Below, piece after piece: positions 37,412 through 45,668 of a stretch of DNA of 45,668 nt. Both the position numbers and the translations under genes were made by a program. The first letter of the stretch is position 1, and the number at the start of each line of letters is the position of its first letter. The notes under the pieces were generated by a model. The model was not told the DNA's origin and ran no database searches. It saw only the letters and a list, made by a program, of their open reading frames with translations. This stretch comes from a virus. Taxonomy: Duplodnaviria > Caudoviricetes. Where the stretch lies: the IMG/VR virus record IMGVR_UViG_3300011336_000451, positions 1 through 45,668 of that record. One strand, given 5' to 3'.

Positions 37412-38389
37412 ATGTATGTCTCTAATTTAAGTAGGGACTATATTTTCAAGACTTTCTCACAGGAAAGTATCTTTGAAGCTTATGGTATTCCAGTAATCAA
37501 AGGAAACTTTGTAAGTCCCTTGAGGAGAGATAAGTCTCCAACATGTGCATTTCAATATTATGGTAACATACTGCGTTATTATGATAACAGACCAGGAGAG
37601 TTTTGTGGAGACGCAATATCTTTTGTTATGTATCTAAAGAAACTTAGTTATCAAGAAGCACTGTTGGATATTTATAATACTTTAAAAAGTACTGATTCTT
37701 ATCATTTATTAAATAATAAAAATAATAAAACACAGAGTATTGCAAGATTGAGCATTGTGGATAAGAATAAAAAAAGTGCAGAGATAAAACTCAATTTTAA
37801 AGAGTTCTCTAACAAGGAATTAGAATACTGGAATCAATATGGAGTAAGCTTAGAGGTTTTACAGAAGTTTAATATACGCTCATGCAAGGATTTATTTGTT
37901 AATAACAACAACAAAGAAGGAACCGATACTAGAATTTGCAATTGTGTGAGAGCTGGAGAGATGTGTTTTGTATACATCTTTCCAGATAATTCTGTGAAAG
38001 CATACTTTCCTGAGAGAGATAGTTATAGATTCATCTCTAATAGTAGATGGATACAAGGATTAGAGTATATAAAAGATCCTAAGCTCTTAGTTATTACTAA
38101 GAGTATGAAGGATGTAGTATGTTTATCATTATTTGGTATACAAGCTATAGCTATGCAGGGGGAGAGTGTTCTCCCCCCAGCATGGCTTGTAAATAAGTAT
38201 AATTGTTTGTATCTTGCAGACAATGATGCTCCTGGAAAGAGAGCAGCAGTACTTATGAGAAATAAGTACAATATTCCAATAGTATTATTCCCTAAAGAAT
38301 ACAGAGAAATGGGGATTAAAGATTTCTCGGATGCCTATAAGATTTTGGGGCATGAATATTTACAAGATCTATTAAATACAATTTTATAA
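37412..38389 (+). CDS. DnaG-like primase
   Basis: SPLRRDKSPT...GDAISFV N-terminal domain; TOPRIM ITKSMKD, DND..G, KDFSD. Confidence 0.88.
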   Translation: MYVSNLSRDYIFKTFSQESIFEAYGIPVIKGNFVSPLRRDKSPTCAFQYYGNILRYYDNRPGEFCGDAISFVMYLKKLSYQEALLDIYNTLKSTDSYHLLNNKNNKTQSIARLSIVDKNKKSAEIKLNFKEFSNKELEYWNQYGVSLEVLQKFNIRSCKDLFVNNNNKEGTDTRICNCVRAGEMCFVYIFPDNSVKAYFPERDSYRFISNSRWIQGLEYIKDPKLLVITKSMKDVVCLSLFGIQAIAMQGESVLPPAWLVNKYNCLYLADNDAPGKRAAVLMRNKYNIPIVLFPKEYREMGIKDFSDAYKILGHEYLQDLLNTIL

Positions 38390-38400
38390 AACTTAAAGTT

Positions 38401-38931
38401 ATGCGTAAAGTAACTGTTGTAACAACAAACAATTCACAGGTTAATCAATTTGAGGTAGAAGCTGGTGTATCTACCTTCTCACAACTTGTAGCTGCTCTTC
38501 CTGCAGTAGATTTCAGTAACAAAACTGTTACTGTTGGTAAGGCTTTGTATTCTTTGGAGCATGCTGATGCTGTGCTTCCAGAAGGCAATCTTAAAGTATT
38601 TATCTCTCCTAAAGATATGAAGGCTGCAATGGCTGAGTATCATGAGTTGAGAGCTTCTCTTAAGCAATACAGACTTGATGCTGTAAACAATGATGATGAA
38701 GAAATCATTGGTATTATTGGTAACTACACTCATGATAGTGTAGACACTTTAAAAATTAAGTTGGAGAATGTTCTGCAAACAATTCAAAGTAGAGCAGAGT
38801 ATCCTTGTTGTGCTAATGTTGAGGCAAGATTGTTTGAGGTAGAATATGCACTAGGTATTAGAAATACTTCTAATGCTACACAATTCAATGAGAGAGTTTT
38901 AGCTGAGGTTAAATATGCAACTCAGAAGTAA
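38401..38931 (+). CDS. ubiquitin-like (beta-grasp) protein with C-terminal extension
   Basis: N-terminal about 76 aa RKVTVVTT...TFSQLVAAL...DAVLPEGNLKVFISPKDMKAA fits a Ubl fold; first gene of the E2-JAB-E1 operon. Confidence 0.6.
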   Translation: MRKVTVVTTNNSQVNQFEVEAGVSTFSQLVAALPAVDFSNKTVTVGKALYSLEHADAVLPEGNLKVFISPKDMKAAMAEYHELRASLKQYRLDAVNNDDEEIIGIIGNYTHDSVDTLKIKLENVLQTIQSRAEYPCCANVEARLFEVEYALGIRNTSNATQFNERVLAEVKYATQK

Positions 38932-40048
38932 TAAGTTTAGAGAGATTAAGGGGCTTCTTAGGAGGCCCCAAACTCTTAGACCTGTATTTCATCTAGATGT
39001 TGATGTTGAGGAGTATAATAAACAGTTTAATAAATTTAGGTTGTACAATAGTTATACATTCTCTCAATATGATATAAATAAAAAAATTAATTTTAAAGAT
39101 CCAAACTATTTTAAGGACTTAAATAACTTTAATAAAAATAGTTTAGATTTTGATAAATTACACCTTATAGAAGTATACAAGAAACTTAAAGCTTCTGAGG
39201 TATATGATGAGAGTATTTGTAAAATAGGATTACTTACTATATTTCCAGAAGATTATATAGGGTTTTACTTTCCTAAGATAATGCTAAAGGAGGTTAATAG
39301 TGATAGAAATCCTGTTGAACTTAGAGATATGTATTTCTATTTAACTTCTCAAGGTGGTTTTAGAGGTTTTAGAACTACTTTTGATATTAATAATCCTAGA
39401 TTTACTCATCCTCATTTAAGTCAAAATTTTAGTACTTTTTGTTTAGGACAGTCTCCATTAAACATGTCTCTTAATAATTTAAAGTATAATTTTGATAATT
39501 TTGATGAGAATGATGCTGATATATTTTGGATAAATTTATACAACACTGTTTCTCAAAAAACAGAACATGGTGATCACTATTATGGTTTGGATAAACTAAA
39601 TCAAGGTAGCTATATATCAACAGAAGAATTTGAGGATATTGTCTTTGGTAGTGAAGACTTATTAAGTAATATGTATAAATATGTAGATATATCTATATCT
39701 TCAACAGATATTAAACCAGTATTTAATATTAATGCTCTTAAAACTGATTATTTTCAATTATTTAGTGAAGATACTTCTGTTAAAACAGATATTATAGAGC
39801 CTCTTGAAAAAAATGTAAGTTTTAATAATAACCGTATTAAAAATAAAAAACTTACAGCAATATATAAAGGGACAAGAGTATTTTACAGTGATATTGATGG
39901 TTTGTTAAATGCTTTTATTAAAAAACATTTAAATACATCATTTATAAATAAAATCTACGATGATTATAAAGAAAAAACTAAGCAACCCGATAACTCTGGA
40001 GAACAGAGTGTTGGACAAAATCAAGTATTTGAATTCCAAATGCTCTAA
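38915..40048 (+). CDS. prokaryotic E2 (UBC-like) protein
   Basis: FTHPHLSQNFSTFCLG gives the HPH...C active-site signature. Confidence 0.7.
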   Translation: MQLRSNKFREIKGLLRRPQTLRPVFHLDVDVEEYNKQFNKFRLYNSYTFSQYDINKKINFKDPNYFKDLNNFNKNSLDFDKLHLIEVYKKLKASEVYDESICKIGLLTIFPEDYIGFYFPKIMLKEVNSDRNPVELRDMYFYLTSQGGFRGFRTTFDINNPRFTHPHLSQNFSTFCLGQSPLNMSLNNLKYNFDNFDENDADIFWINLYNTVSQKTEHGDHYYGLDKLNQGSYISTEEFEDIVFGSEDLLSNMYKYVDISISSTDIKPVFNINALKTDYFQLFSEDTSVKTDIIEPLEKNVSFNNNRIKNKKLTAIYKGTRVFYSDIDGLLNAFIKKHLNTSFINKIYDDYKEKTKQPDNSGEQSVGQNQVFEFQML

Positions 40049-41009
40049 TATAGAGTGGAGTGGAGTAGGTGTCATGAAGGTTGATGGAGATATCTATGAT
40101 GATACTCTTAAACTACATGTAATAGATTTGCTACTAAAAGATGTAGGTACTGCTGGTTATACTGAGTATGACTGGGGTACAACATTAGCTGAGTATTTTG
40201 AGGAGAATGAGGATAAGTGGCCTGTAATGTTCTTCAGTATTCACTCTCATCATACTATGGGTGTAACTCCTTCTGGAGTAGATGATAAACATCTTTATGA
40301 TAATATAAGTAACTTTCCTTTTCACTTATCTGTTATTGTTAATAACAAGTTAGACTTTAATGCTAGGATAGCTACTGATATGATGATTAATACTGTATCT
40401 GTTAGAGGTATGGATAGTAATTATACATCTAAAGAAGTTAATGAAGCAAGACTTATTGTAGAATATTCTTTACCTGTAACTATCTCTGGTGCAGATACTA
40501 GTGAGTTTGAGGAAGAATTTACTAAGATTCAAGCTTCTAAAGTTAAAGAACCTGTAAGAGTTTATAACAATTATGGTAAGAATAACTTTCAGCAAGAAAT
40601 ACTTTTTGGGAATGTTAAACCTCAATTCGCTTTAAATAAGTATTCTTTAGGTACTTTATTTTATGAGTTTACTACTCTTAATGAAGTACTTACTAATATC
40701 TTAACTGAGGTAGATGTAGATACATATCTTGATAAAGTAGAAGCTATTTGTATGGACTATGTAGATCAAGGTAAAATTAGAGATATTAAGAATTCTCTCT
40801 TTGCTTTGATGACTACTTATGAGTCTTCTTTCTCTCACCATCCTTTTATAAAAAGTATTACTTATGGTTTAAGTGCTATACATTCCTTAATTGAGAGTGC
40901 AGAAGATGTTGAGGAAGTATCCTTTGGTAAGAAGGGAACAAAAGCTCCATACAAAGACATCTCTAGAATGACTGATGAGGAGTGGAGAAATTATGTTTTA
41001 AATGATTAG
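39960..41009 (+). CDS. JAB/MPN metallo-isopeptidase
   Basis: EWSG catalytic Glu and HSHHTMGVTPSGVD (HxH-x7-S-x2-D). Confidence 0.85.
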   Translation: MIIKKKLSNPITLENRVLDKIKYLNSKCSNIEWSGVGVMKVDGDIYDDTLKLHVIDLLLKDVGTAGYTEYDWGTTLAEYFEENEDKWPVMFFSIHSHHTMGVTPSGVDDKHLYDNISNFPFHLSVIVNNKLDFNARIATDMMINTVSVRGMDSNYTSKEVNEARLIVEYSLPVTISGADTSEFEEEFTKIQASKVKEPVRVYNNYGKNNFQQEILFGNVKPQFALNKYSLGTLFYEFTTLNEVLTNILTEVDVDTYLDKVEAICMDYVDQGKIRDIKNSLFALMTTYESSFSHHPFIKSITYGLSAIHSLIESAEDVEEVSFGKKGTKAPYKDISRMTDEEWRNYVLND

Positions 41010-41011
41010 TA

Positions 41012-41683
41012 ATGAGATATAATCGTTTAGAATTTAGTAGATTTTCAGCAGCACCGTTTGTAACAGAGAAACCCCTAGAAATTATTCTAGGGGGACTTGG
41101 TGGTGTAGGTGCTTATGTAGCTTTCTTCTTATCCAGACTTAGACATCAGCTGTATTGCTATGAGATGGATACTGTAGAAGATGTAAACTTAGACTGTCAA
41201 TTCTTTAAGTACTCAGATTTGGGTAAACCTAAGGCTGAAGCAGTTTCTGATATGATTATAGCTTACTCTAATTCTTATATATGTCATCTTGATAAATATG
41301 AGGAAGGTAGTGAGGTAACTGATTATTGTTTTGCTATGTTTGACAATATGGAAGCTAGGAAACTCATGTTTGAAGAGTGGTGTAAAATGCCTGATAAGAA
41401 AATCTTTATAGATACCAGATTGCAAGCAGAGGAATTTCAAATCTTTTGTGTACATAAGGAAGAACATATTCAAATGTATATTGATTCTCTAAGAAGAGAT
41501 GATGAGATACCAGATTTACCTTGTAGTTATAAACAAACAGGGCATTATGCAGCTATGGTAGCAACTCAAGCTGTAGCACTATTCTGTAATTATCTTGCTA
41601 ATCAAAAGCATCTTGCAGATATTGGTGAGGAGATTAGAGAAGTACCTTTCTTTCATACTTTTAATGGACTTACATGGCAGTAA
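41012..41683 (+). CDS. E1/ThiF-family adenylating enzyme
   Basis: GLGGVG, DTVEDVNL..Q, GKPKA, FDNMEAR, DTR, candidate catalytic Cys in PCSYKQT. Confidence 0.9.
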   Translation: MRYNRLEFSRFSAAPFVTEKPLEIILGGLGGVGAYVAFFLSRLRHQLYCYEMDTVEDVNLDCQFFKYSDLGKPKAEAVSDMIIAYSNSYICHLDKYEEGSEVTDYCFAMFDNMEARKLMFEEWCKMPDKKIFIDTRLQAEEFQIFCVHKEEHIQMYIDSLRRDDEIPDLPCSYKQTGHYAAMVATQAVALFCNYLANQKHLADIGEEIREVPFFHTFNGLTWQ

Positions 41684-42282
41684 CTAAAGAAGAACTTATT
41701 AACTTAGTAAATGTATATTATGCTTGTGATAAGATATATAGAGTTGGTAATAGCTGGAATATAAGGCTTTTTAATTGGGAACCATTCTCTCTTAGGAAAA
41801 CTCAAAATACTATAGAAGATTGTTTTTATAAATTGCATAATAGCTCTAAAAGAACTCACAATAAAAAATATTTACAATCTCTATTTCCTTATTATGTATT
41901 TTATGATACTATTTATGATTTAGATGGTAAAATGGTACTTCTTCTTTGTAAAGAAAAAGGTCCTAATACTGGTTACTACTCAAAATACTCTTTAAATGTA
42001 ACTAAGGATTTCTATAATAAGTACCAGATGCATGTGGATTCTTTTTATAGAAAGATGGGAGGTGGTGTTGAAAGAGTAAATCCTGATTATACTCCAGAGT
42101 TAATTATACATGAATGTGAAGATGTTTATTTTGTCTTTAATAAACAGTATATCTTTGATAGTATTTCTGATAGAAAAACTTTTAAAGAAGAGCTCTTAAG
42201 TGAGTATACTAAGAAGTTATTATTGGAGAAAGCTGTGCTTGATGTAAAAAAGTATCCTTATACACATGCTGAAGCTTGTTAA
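41674..42282 (+). CDS. hypothetical protein overlapping E1 gene
   Basis: 202 aa, 10-nt overlap. Confidence 0.65.
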   Translation: MAVTKEELINLVNVYYACDKIYRVGNSWNIRLFNWEPFSLRKTQNTIEDCFYKLHNSSKRTHNKKYLQSLFPYYVFYDTIYDLDGKMVLLLCKEKGPNTGYYSKYSLNVTKDFYNKYQMHVDSFYRKMGGGVERVNPDYTPELIIHECEDVYFVFNKQYIFDSISDRKTFKEELLSEYTKKLLLEKAVLDVKKYPYTHAEAC

Positions 42283-42295
42283 ATAAAGAAAAAAT

Positions 42296-42844
42296 ATGAG
42301 TAAGAAGTATTATGCCACTAAAAAGGTTAAGTATAACAACTTAACCTTTGATAGTGGTTTAGAGCTTTATTTCTATAAACTTTTAGAAAGTAATAACTTG
42401 CTGGAGCATTTAAAGATGCAAGAACCATTTGAGTTACAACCTTCCTTTAAGTGGCAGAATAAGACTATTAGAAAAATGGAATATGTATCTGATTTCTATC
42501 TAACTGATAAGAAGATAGTTATTGAGACAAAGGGACTCCTTGAAGAGAAAGCTAAAATTAAGCATAAGATGTTTAAGTTTAAGTTTCCAGATCATAAGTT
42601 CTTTATGCCTAGAAATCAAATGCAATGCAGGGAAATATTAGAACAAATTAAAAATATATATGGAGACCAATTATTACGAGAGGAGGGAGATAGCCAACAG
42701 CACCCTGTCCTTGATAAACCCAGAGCAGGGAGGAAGTCCAAAGTTATTCCAGATGTATCTGGAAGGGAAAATACAGAAATTAACTCCAAGCCCAAGTCTG
42801 GAAAACGGAAGTCTGCTACACCTGTATGTAGAAGATCCAAGTAA
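42296..42844 (+). CDS. DUF1064-like PD-(D/E)xK endonuclease
   Basis: FDSGLE...QEPFELQP...YVSDF...IETKG. Confidence 0.8.
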   Translation: MSKKYYATKKVKYNNLTFDSGLELYFYKLLESNNLLEHLKMQEPFELQPSFKWQNKTIRKMEYVSDFYLTDKKIVIETKGLLEEKAKIKHKMFKFKFPDHKFFMPRNQMQCREILEQIKNIYGDQLLREEGDSQQHPVLDKPRAGRKSKVIPDVSGRENTEINSKPKSGKRKSATPVCRRSK

Positions 42845-43598
42845 GTTTGTAGTATCTGAGGTAGTTAAGCCTAATGAGAGTTTGTGTAATGTAGTTACAC
42901 AATACTTTGCTATTAAGGACTCACATCTTGTTGAGACTCAAGATGAAGTTCTCCTTAAAGCTGCAAGATTAGCTTCTTACTATAATAATTATAAAGATGA
43001 TACTCTATTAAATACCCTTAAGAAGAGTACTATTTATGAGTATATAGCTGAGCTAGAGTTAAATGAGGGTAAGCAGTTTATGACTAAGGAGCAGAAGGAT
43101 GTTATAGAAGGTTGTGTATCATCTCTAAAATCTCATGCTGCTTGTAATAAGTATCTATTCCAAGAGTGGAATAACTGTGAGATCTTTAATGAGTATGAAA
43201 TATACTTTGAATTATTAGATGTTAAGTGCAAATCTAGACTTGATAGGCTTATTGTAAATCATAAAGAAAAGTATGTTATACTTATAGATTTAAAGACTAC
43301 CTCTAAAAGAGCACAATTCTTTCCAGAGAGTTTTGAGTTTTGGAGATATTACAGGCAAATGGCATTCTATAAGTATGCTATCTCTACACAATTTGAGGGG
43401 TATAGTTTCTCTTGTTATATGCCAGTAGTGGATACACAGTTCTTTACAAGACATTGCTACAAAATATCTGAGTCTCAAATAGATAGAGGTACTATTGAGT
43501 ATATGAACTTGTTATCCAGAATTAAGTGGCATATGGTAAATAGTGAGTGGAATTATACTATGGAGGAATTTAACAATAATAATCTTATAAATTTATGA
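42660..43598 (+). CDS. PD-(D/E)xK exonuclease (RecE/ExoVIII-like)
   Basis: GSLLH, CKSRLDRL...IDLKTT, YYRQMAFY. Confidence 0.85.
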   Translation: METNYYERREIANSTLSLINPEQGGSPKLFQMYLEGKIQKLTPSPSLENGSLLHLYVEDPSKFVVSEVVKPNESLCNVVTQYFAIKDSHLVETQDEVLLKAARLASYYNNYKDDTLLNTLKKSTIYEYIAELELNEGKQFMTKEQKDVIEGCVSSLKSHAACNKYLFQEWNNCEIFNEYEIYFELLDVKCKSRLDRLIVNHKEKYVILIDLKTTSKRAQFFPESFEFWRYYRQMAFYKYAISTQFEGYSFSCYMPVVDTQFFTRHCYKISESQIDRGTIEYMNLLSRIKWHMVNSEWNYTMEEFNNNNLINL

Positions 43599-44020
43599 CA
43601 TACTTAGATGTAAGCCTATCAGGATGGAATAGAATCTCCTTATGCTTTAAAGTTGTTAGTAAACAACAAATAGAAGGTATAGAAGTATTCAAGTGTATTG
43701 ATAAAGATGGTAATGAGTTTTATATAGAAGACTCTAGTATTTTTGCTAAATACTCTAGAAACACTAACTCATTTAGTGCAGTACTAGAGGAAACTCTAGG
43801 GGATATTGTGTACAAGATGCAACACTCTAAAAGTATCTATGAAGTAGTCTTTAATACTGTAGAAGGTGTTGAGAGAGTACTGAAAGGTTACACATTAGAA
43901 GCTGATAAAGTATTTGGGTATACTCTTGTGTATGACTTGGATAATAAAGGACCTAGAAGAGTCAATAACAGAGATATAACTTCTTTAATTCTGAACAACA
44001 CTAAATACACAGTAAAATGA
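43595..44020 (+). CDS. hypothetical protein
   Basis: 141 aa. Confidence 0.65.
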   Translation: MTYLDVSLSGWNRISLCFKVVSKQQIEGIEVFKCIDKDGNEFYIEDSSIFAKYSRNTNSFSAVLEETLGDIVYKMQHSKSIYEVVFNTVEGVERVLKGYTLEADKVFGYTLVYDLDNKGPRRVNNRDITSLILNNTKYTVK

Positions 44021-44361
44021 TTTACAGAAATTCTAAAGGGAAATTTATTTCTAAGGAAGAATGGTTATCTTTGCAACCTAAAGAAGAAAATAAGAAAACC
44101 ATGAATAATAGTAGAAGAAAGAAGTATAATCAACCTGCTAAAGAACTTAATGCAGAACAAGTTACCTCAAAATCAGAGATTACAGAAGATACTCAAGTAA
44201 TTCCTTTAGGCTCAGACTTTAATCTGGATGAATATAAGAAGAAAGTAATGGAGTTTGAGAAATCTATGGAAGAAGAGGAAGTTGTAGAAACTGAAGAGGA
44301 GGAAGTAGAACCTACTAAAACTCCAGGATTCTTCACCACTTGGTTTAAGAAGTGGTTTTAG
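44017..44361 (+). CDS. hypothetical protein
   Basis: RNSKGKF N-terminal motif, acidic C-terminus. Confidence 0.6.
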   Translation: MIYRNSKGKFISKEEWLSLQPKEENKKTMNNSRRKKYNQPAKELNAEQVTSKSEITEDTQVIPLGSDFNLDEYKKKVMEFEKSMEEEEVVETEEEEVEPTKTPGFFTTWFKKWF

Positions 44362-44362
44362 T

Positions 44363-44590
44363 ATGCAAGCAGAATTGAAATTTAATCTTGATGAGCCTGA
44401 TGATATTCAGGCTCATTTTAGATGTATCAAGGCTTTAGATATGGCTTTATGTTTATGGGATCTAAATAGGTTTATAATAAATAAAGATTCATATTCTGAG
44501 AGTCCTGATATTAGTATAGAAGTTCTTAGAACAGAGTTTAATGATCTCTTAGAAAAACATAATTTAGATTTTGAAACTTTAATAAGTTAA
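44363..44590 (+). CDS. hypothetical protein (phage family)
   Basis: MQAELKFNLDEPDD...KALDMALCLWD. Confidence 0.65.
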   Translation: MQAELKFNLDEPDDIQAHFRCIKALDMALCLWDLNRFIINKDSYSESPDISIEVLRTEFNDLLEKHNLDFETLIS

Positions 44591-44593
44591 AAT

Positions 44594-45538
44594 ATGTTAA
44601 CAGATAATAGGTCTTATTATAGGCCGTTTGAATATCCAGAAGCTTATGATTTTTATCGTAAACAGCAATTAGTTCACTGGACTAAAGATGAGATTAAACT
44701 TTCTCAGGATATTCAAGATTGGAATATACTCTCTCAGGGAGAAAAGAATGTTATAGGAGGAATCTTAAAAGGATTTACTCAAATGGAGATTTTAGTAGGA
44801 GATTATTGGAGAGGAGTATCTGAGTGGTTTCCTAAACCAGAAGTAGCTATGATGGCTAGTGCTTTTTCTTACTTTGAGAGTATACACATGGATAATTATG
44901 CCATGATTAATGAGGAACTTGGGTTAGATGATTTTAAAGCTTTCTTGCATGATGAGAAGACTAAGGATAAGTTAGATTACTTTATGCAAACTCCTGATCA
45001 AACTAATATATTTGATTTAGCTAGAAGTTTAGCAGTATTCTCAGCATTTGCAGAAGGATGTGTACTATTCTCTAGTTTTGCAGTACTTTTATCTTTTCAA
45101 AAAGAGGACTTACTTAAGGGTGTATCTCAGATAGTTAACTACTCTATTAGAGATGAGAATTTACACTCTATTGGAGGTATATATCTTTTTAATACTTTAT
45201 GTAAAGAAGATCCTCATATTAGAGAATGGGTAGAACAAGATGTTTATCAAGCAGCTAAAACTACTAGAGATTTAGAATTTGCTTTTATAGATCAACTATT
45301 TGCTGAAGATTCTATTAGAACTCTTACTAAAGAACAACTTAAAAACTTTATTACTCATAGAATTAATATGAAAATTAAAGAATTAGGTTATGAACCTCAG
45401 TTTTATGTAGATCCTACTCTCTTACAAGAGATGAGCTGGTTTGATGAGTTGTCTTCTGGACAAAAGTTTGGTGATTTCTTTGCAGTTAGAATTAGTGATT
45501 ATACTGATGTAACTTTTAAAGGAGCAGATTTATTTTAA
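44594..45538 (+). CDS. nrdB: ribonucleotide reductase class I beta subunit
   Basis: PFEYP, HWTKDEI..D..DW, ESIH..NY, EG..LFSSF, RDENLH, DFF. Confidence 0.95.
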   Translation: MLTDNRSYYRPFEYPEAYDFYRKQQLVHWTKDEIKLSQDIQDWNILSQGEKNVIGGILKGFTQMEILVGDYWRGVSEWFPKPEVAMMASAFSYFESIHMDNYAMINEELGLDDFKAFLHDEKTKDKLDYFMQTPDQTNIFDLARSLAVFSAFAEGCVLFSSFAVLLSFQKEDLLKGVSQIVNYSIRDENLHSIGGIYLFNTLCKEDPHIREWVEQDVYQAAKTTRDLEFAFIDQLFAEDSIRTLTKEQLKNFITHRINMKIKELGYEPQFYVDPTLLQEMSWFDELSSGQKFGDFFAVRISDYTDVTFKGADLF

Positions 45539-45542
45539 GACT

Positions 45543-45668
45543 ATGATAGATAACTGGAAAGAAGGAATAGATTATCCTGAATGGATGAAGGAGGAAGGTC
45601 TTAAGACTCTTAAAAGACAACATCTCTTAGATAATGAAACTCCTAAAGAGATGTATGAGAGAATTGCT
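45543..45668 (+). CDS. nrdA: ribonucleotide reductase alpha subunit, 5' part (truncated)
   Basis: MIDNWKEGIDYPEWMKEEGLKTLKRQHLLDNETPKEMYERIA directly after nrdB. Confidence 0.7.
   Translation, partial: MIDNWKEGIDYPEWMKEEGLKTLKRQHLLDNETPKEMYERIA

Noticed and set aside
41012-41683. ThiF as a thiamine or molybdopterin biosynthesis auxiliary gene
   Set aside because: Neighbours are E2- and JAB-like rather than thiG/moaE, which points to protein conjugation.
1-45668. Stop-codon reassignment as seen in some crAss-like phages
   Set aside because: Large genes are uninterrupted in code 11; TAG and TGA both end genes at sensible junctions; no suppressor tRNA in the window.

Overview
This is a 45.7-kb, AT-rich, CG-depleted segment of a crAss-like (Crassvirales-type) Bacteroidota phage read in the standard genetic code. 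The phage assignment is inferred from protein motifs and gene order, not from a database search. The left arm (1-10.5 kb, minus strand) is the capsid/packaging block: major capsid protein, acidic scaffold-like protein, basic cargo-like protein, portal, TerL, putative TerS and an IHF/HU-like protein. Transcription switches strand at a palindromic bidirectional Bacteroidota promoter (10503-10518). The plus strand begins with an accessory region dense in structured RNA (11-19.5 kb). It holds two hammerhead ribozymes, two twister ribozymes, several unassigned pseudoknotted RNAs, a NUMOD4 remnant, tRNA-Arg(TCT) and a tRNA-like RNA. Next come an ECF-like sigma factor, a 3D-domain protein, an array of small paralogues and a secreted M12-type metalloprotease. 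The replication block follows: PolB, HNH, SF2 helicase, a DnaB-like helicase split by a group I intron carrying a GIY-YIG endonuclease, an AAA ATPase, SSB and primase. After it lie a complete ubiquitin-like conjugation cassette (Ubl-E2-JAB-E1), nucleases and class I ribonucleotide reductase. The two most striking observations are the phage-encoded Ubl/E2/JAB/E1 operon and the four self-cleaving ribozymes that punctuate the accessory transcript.
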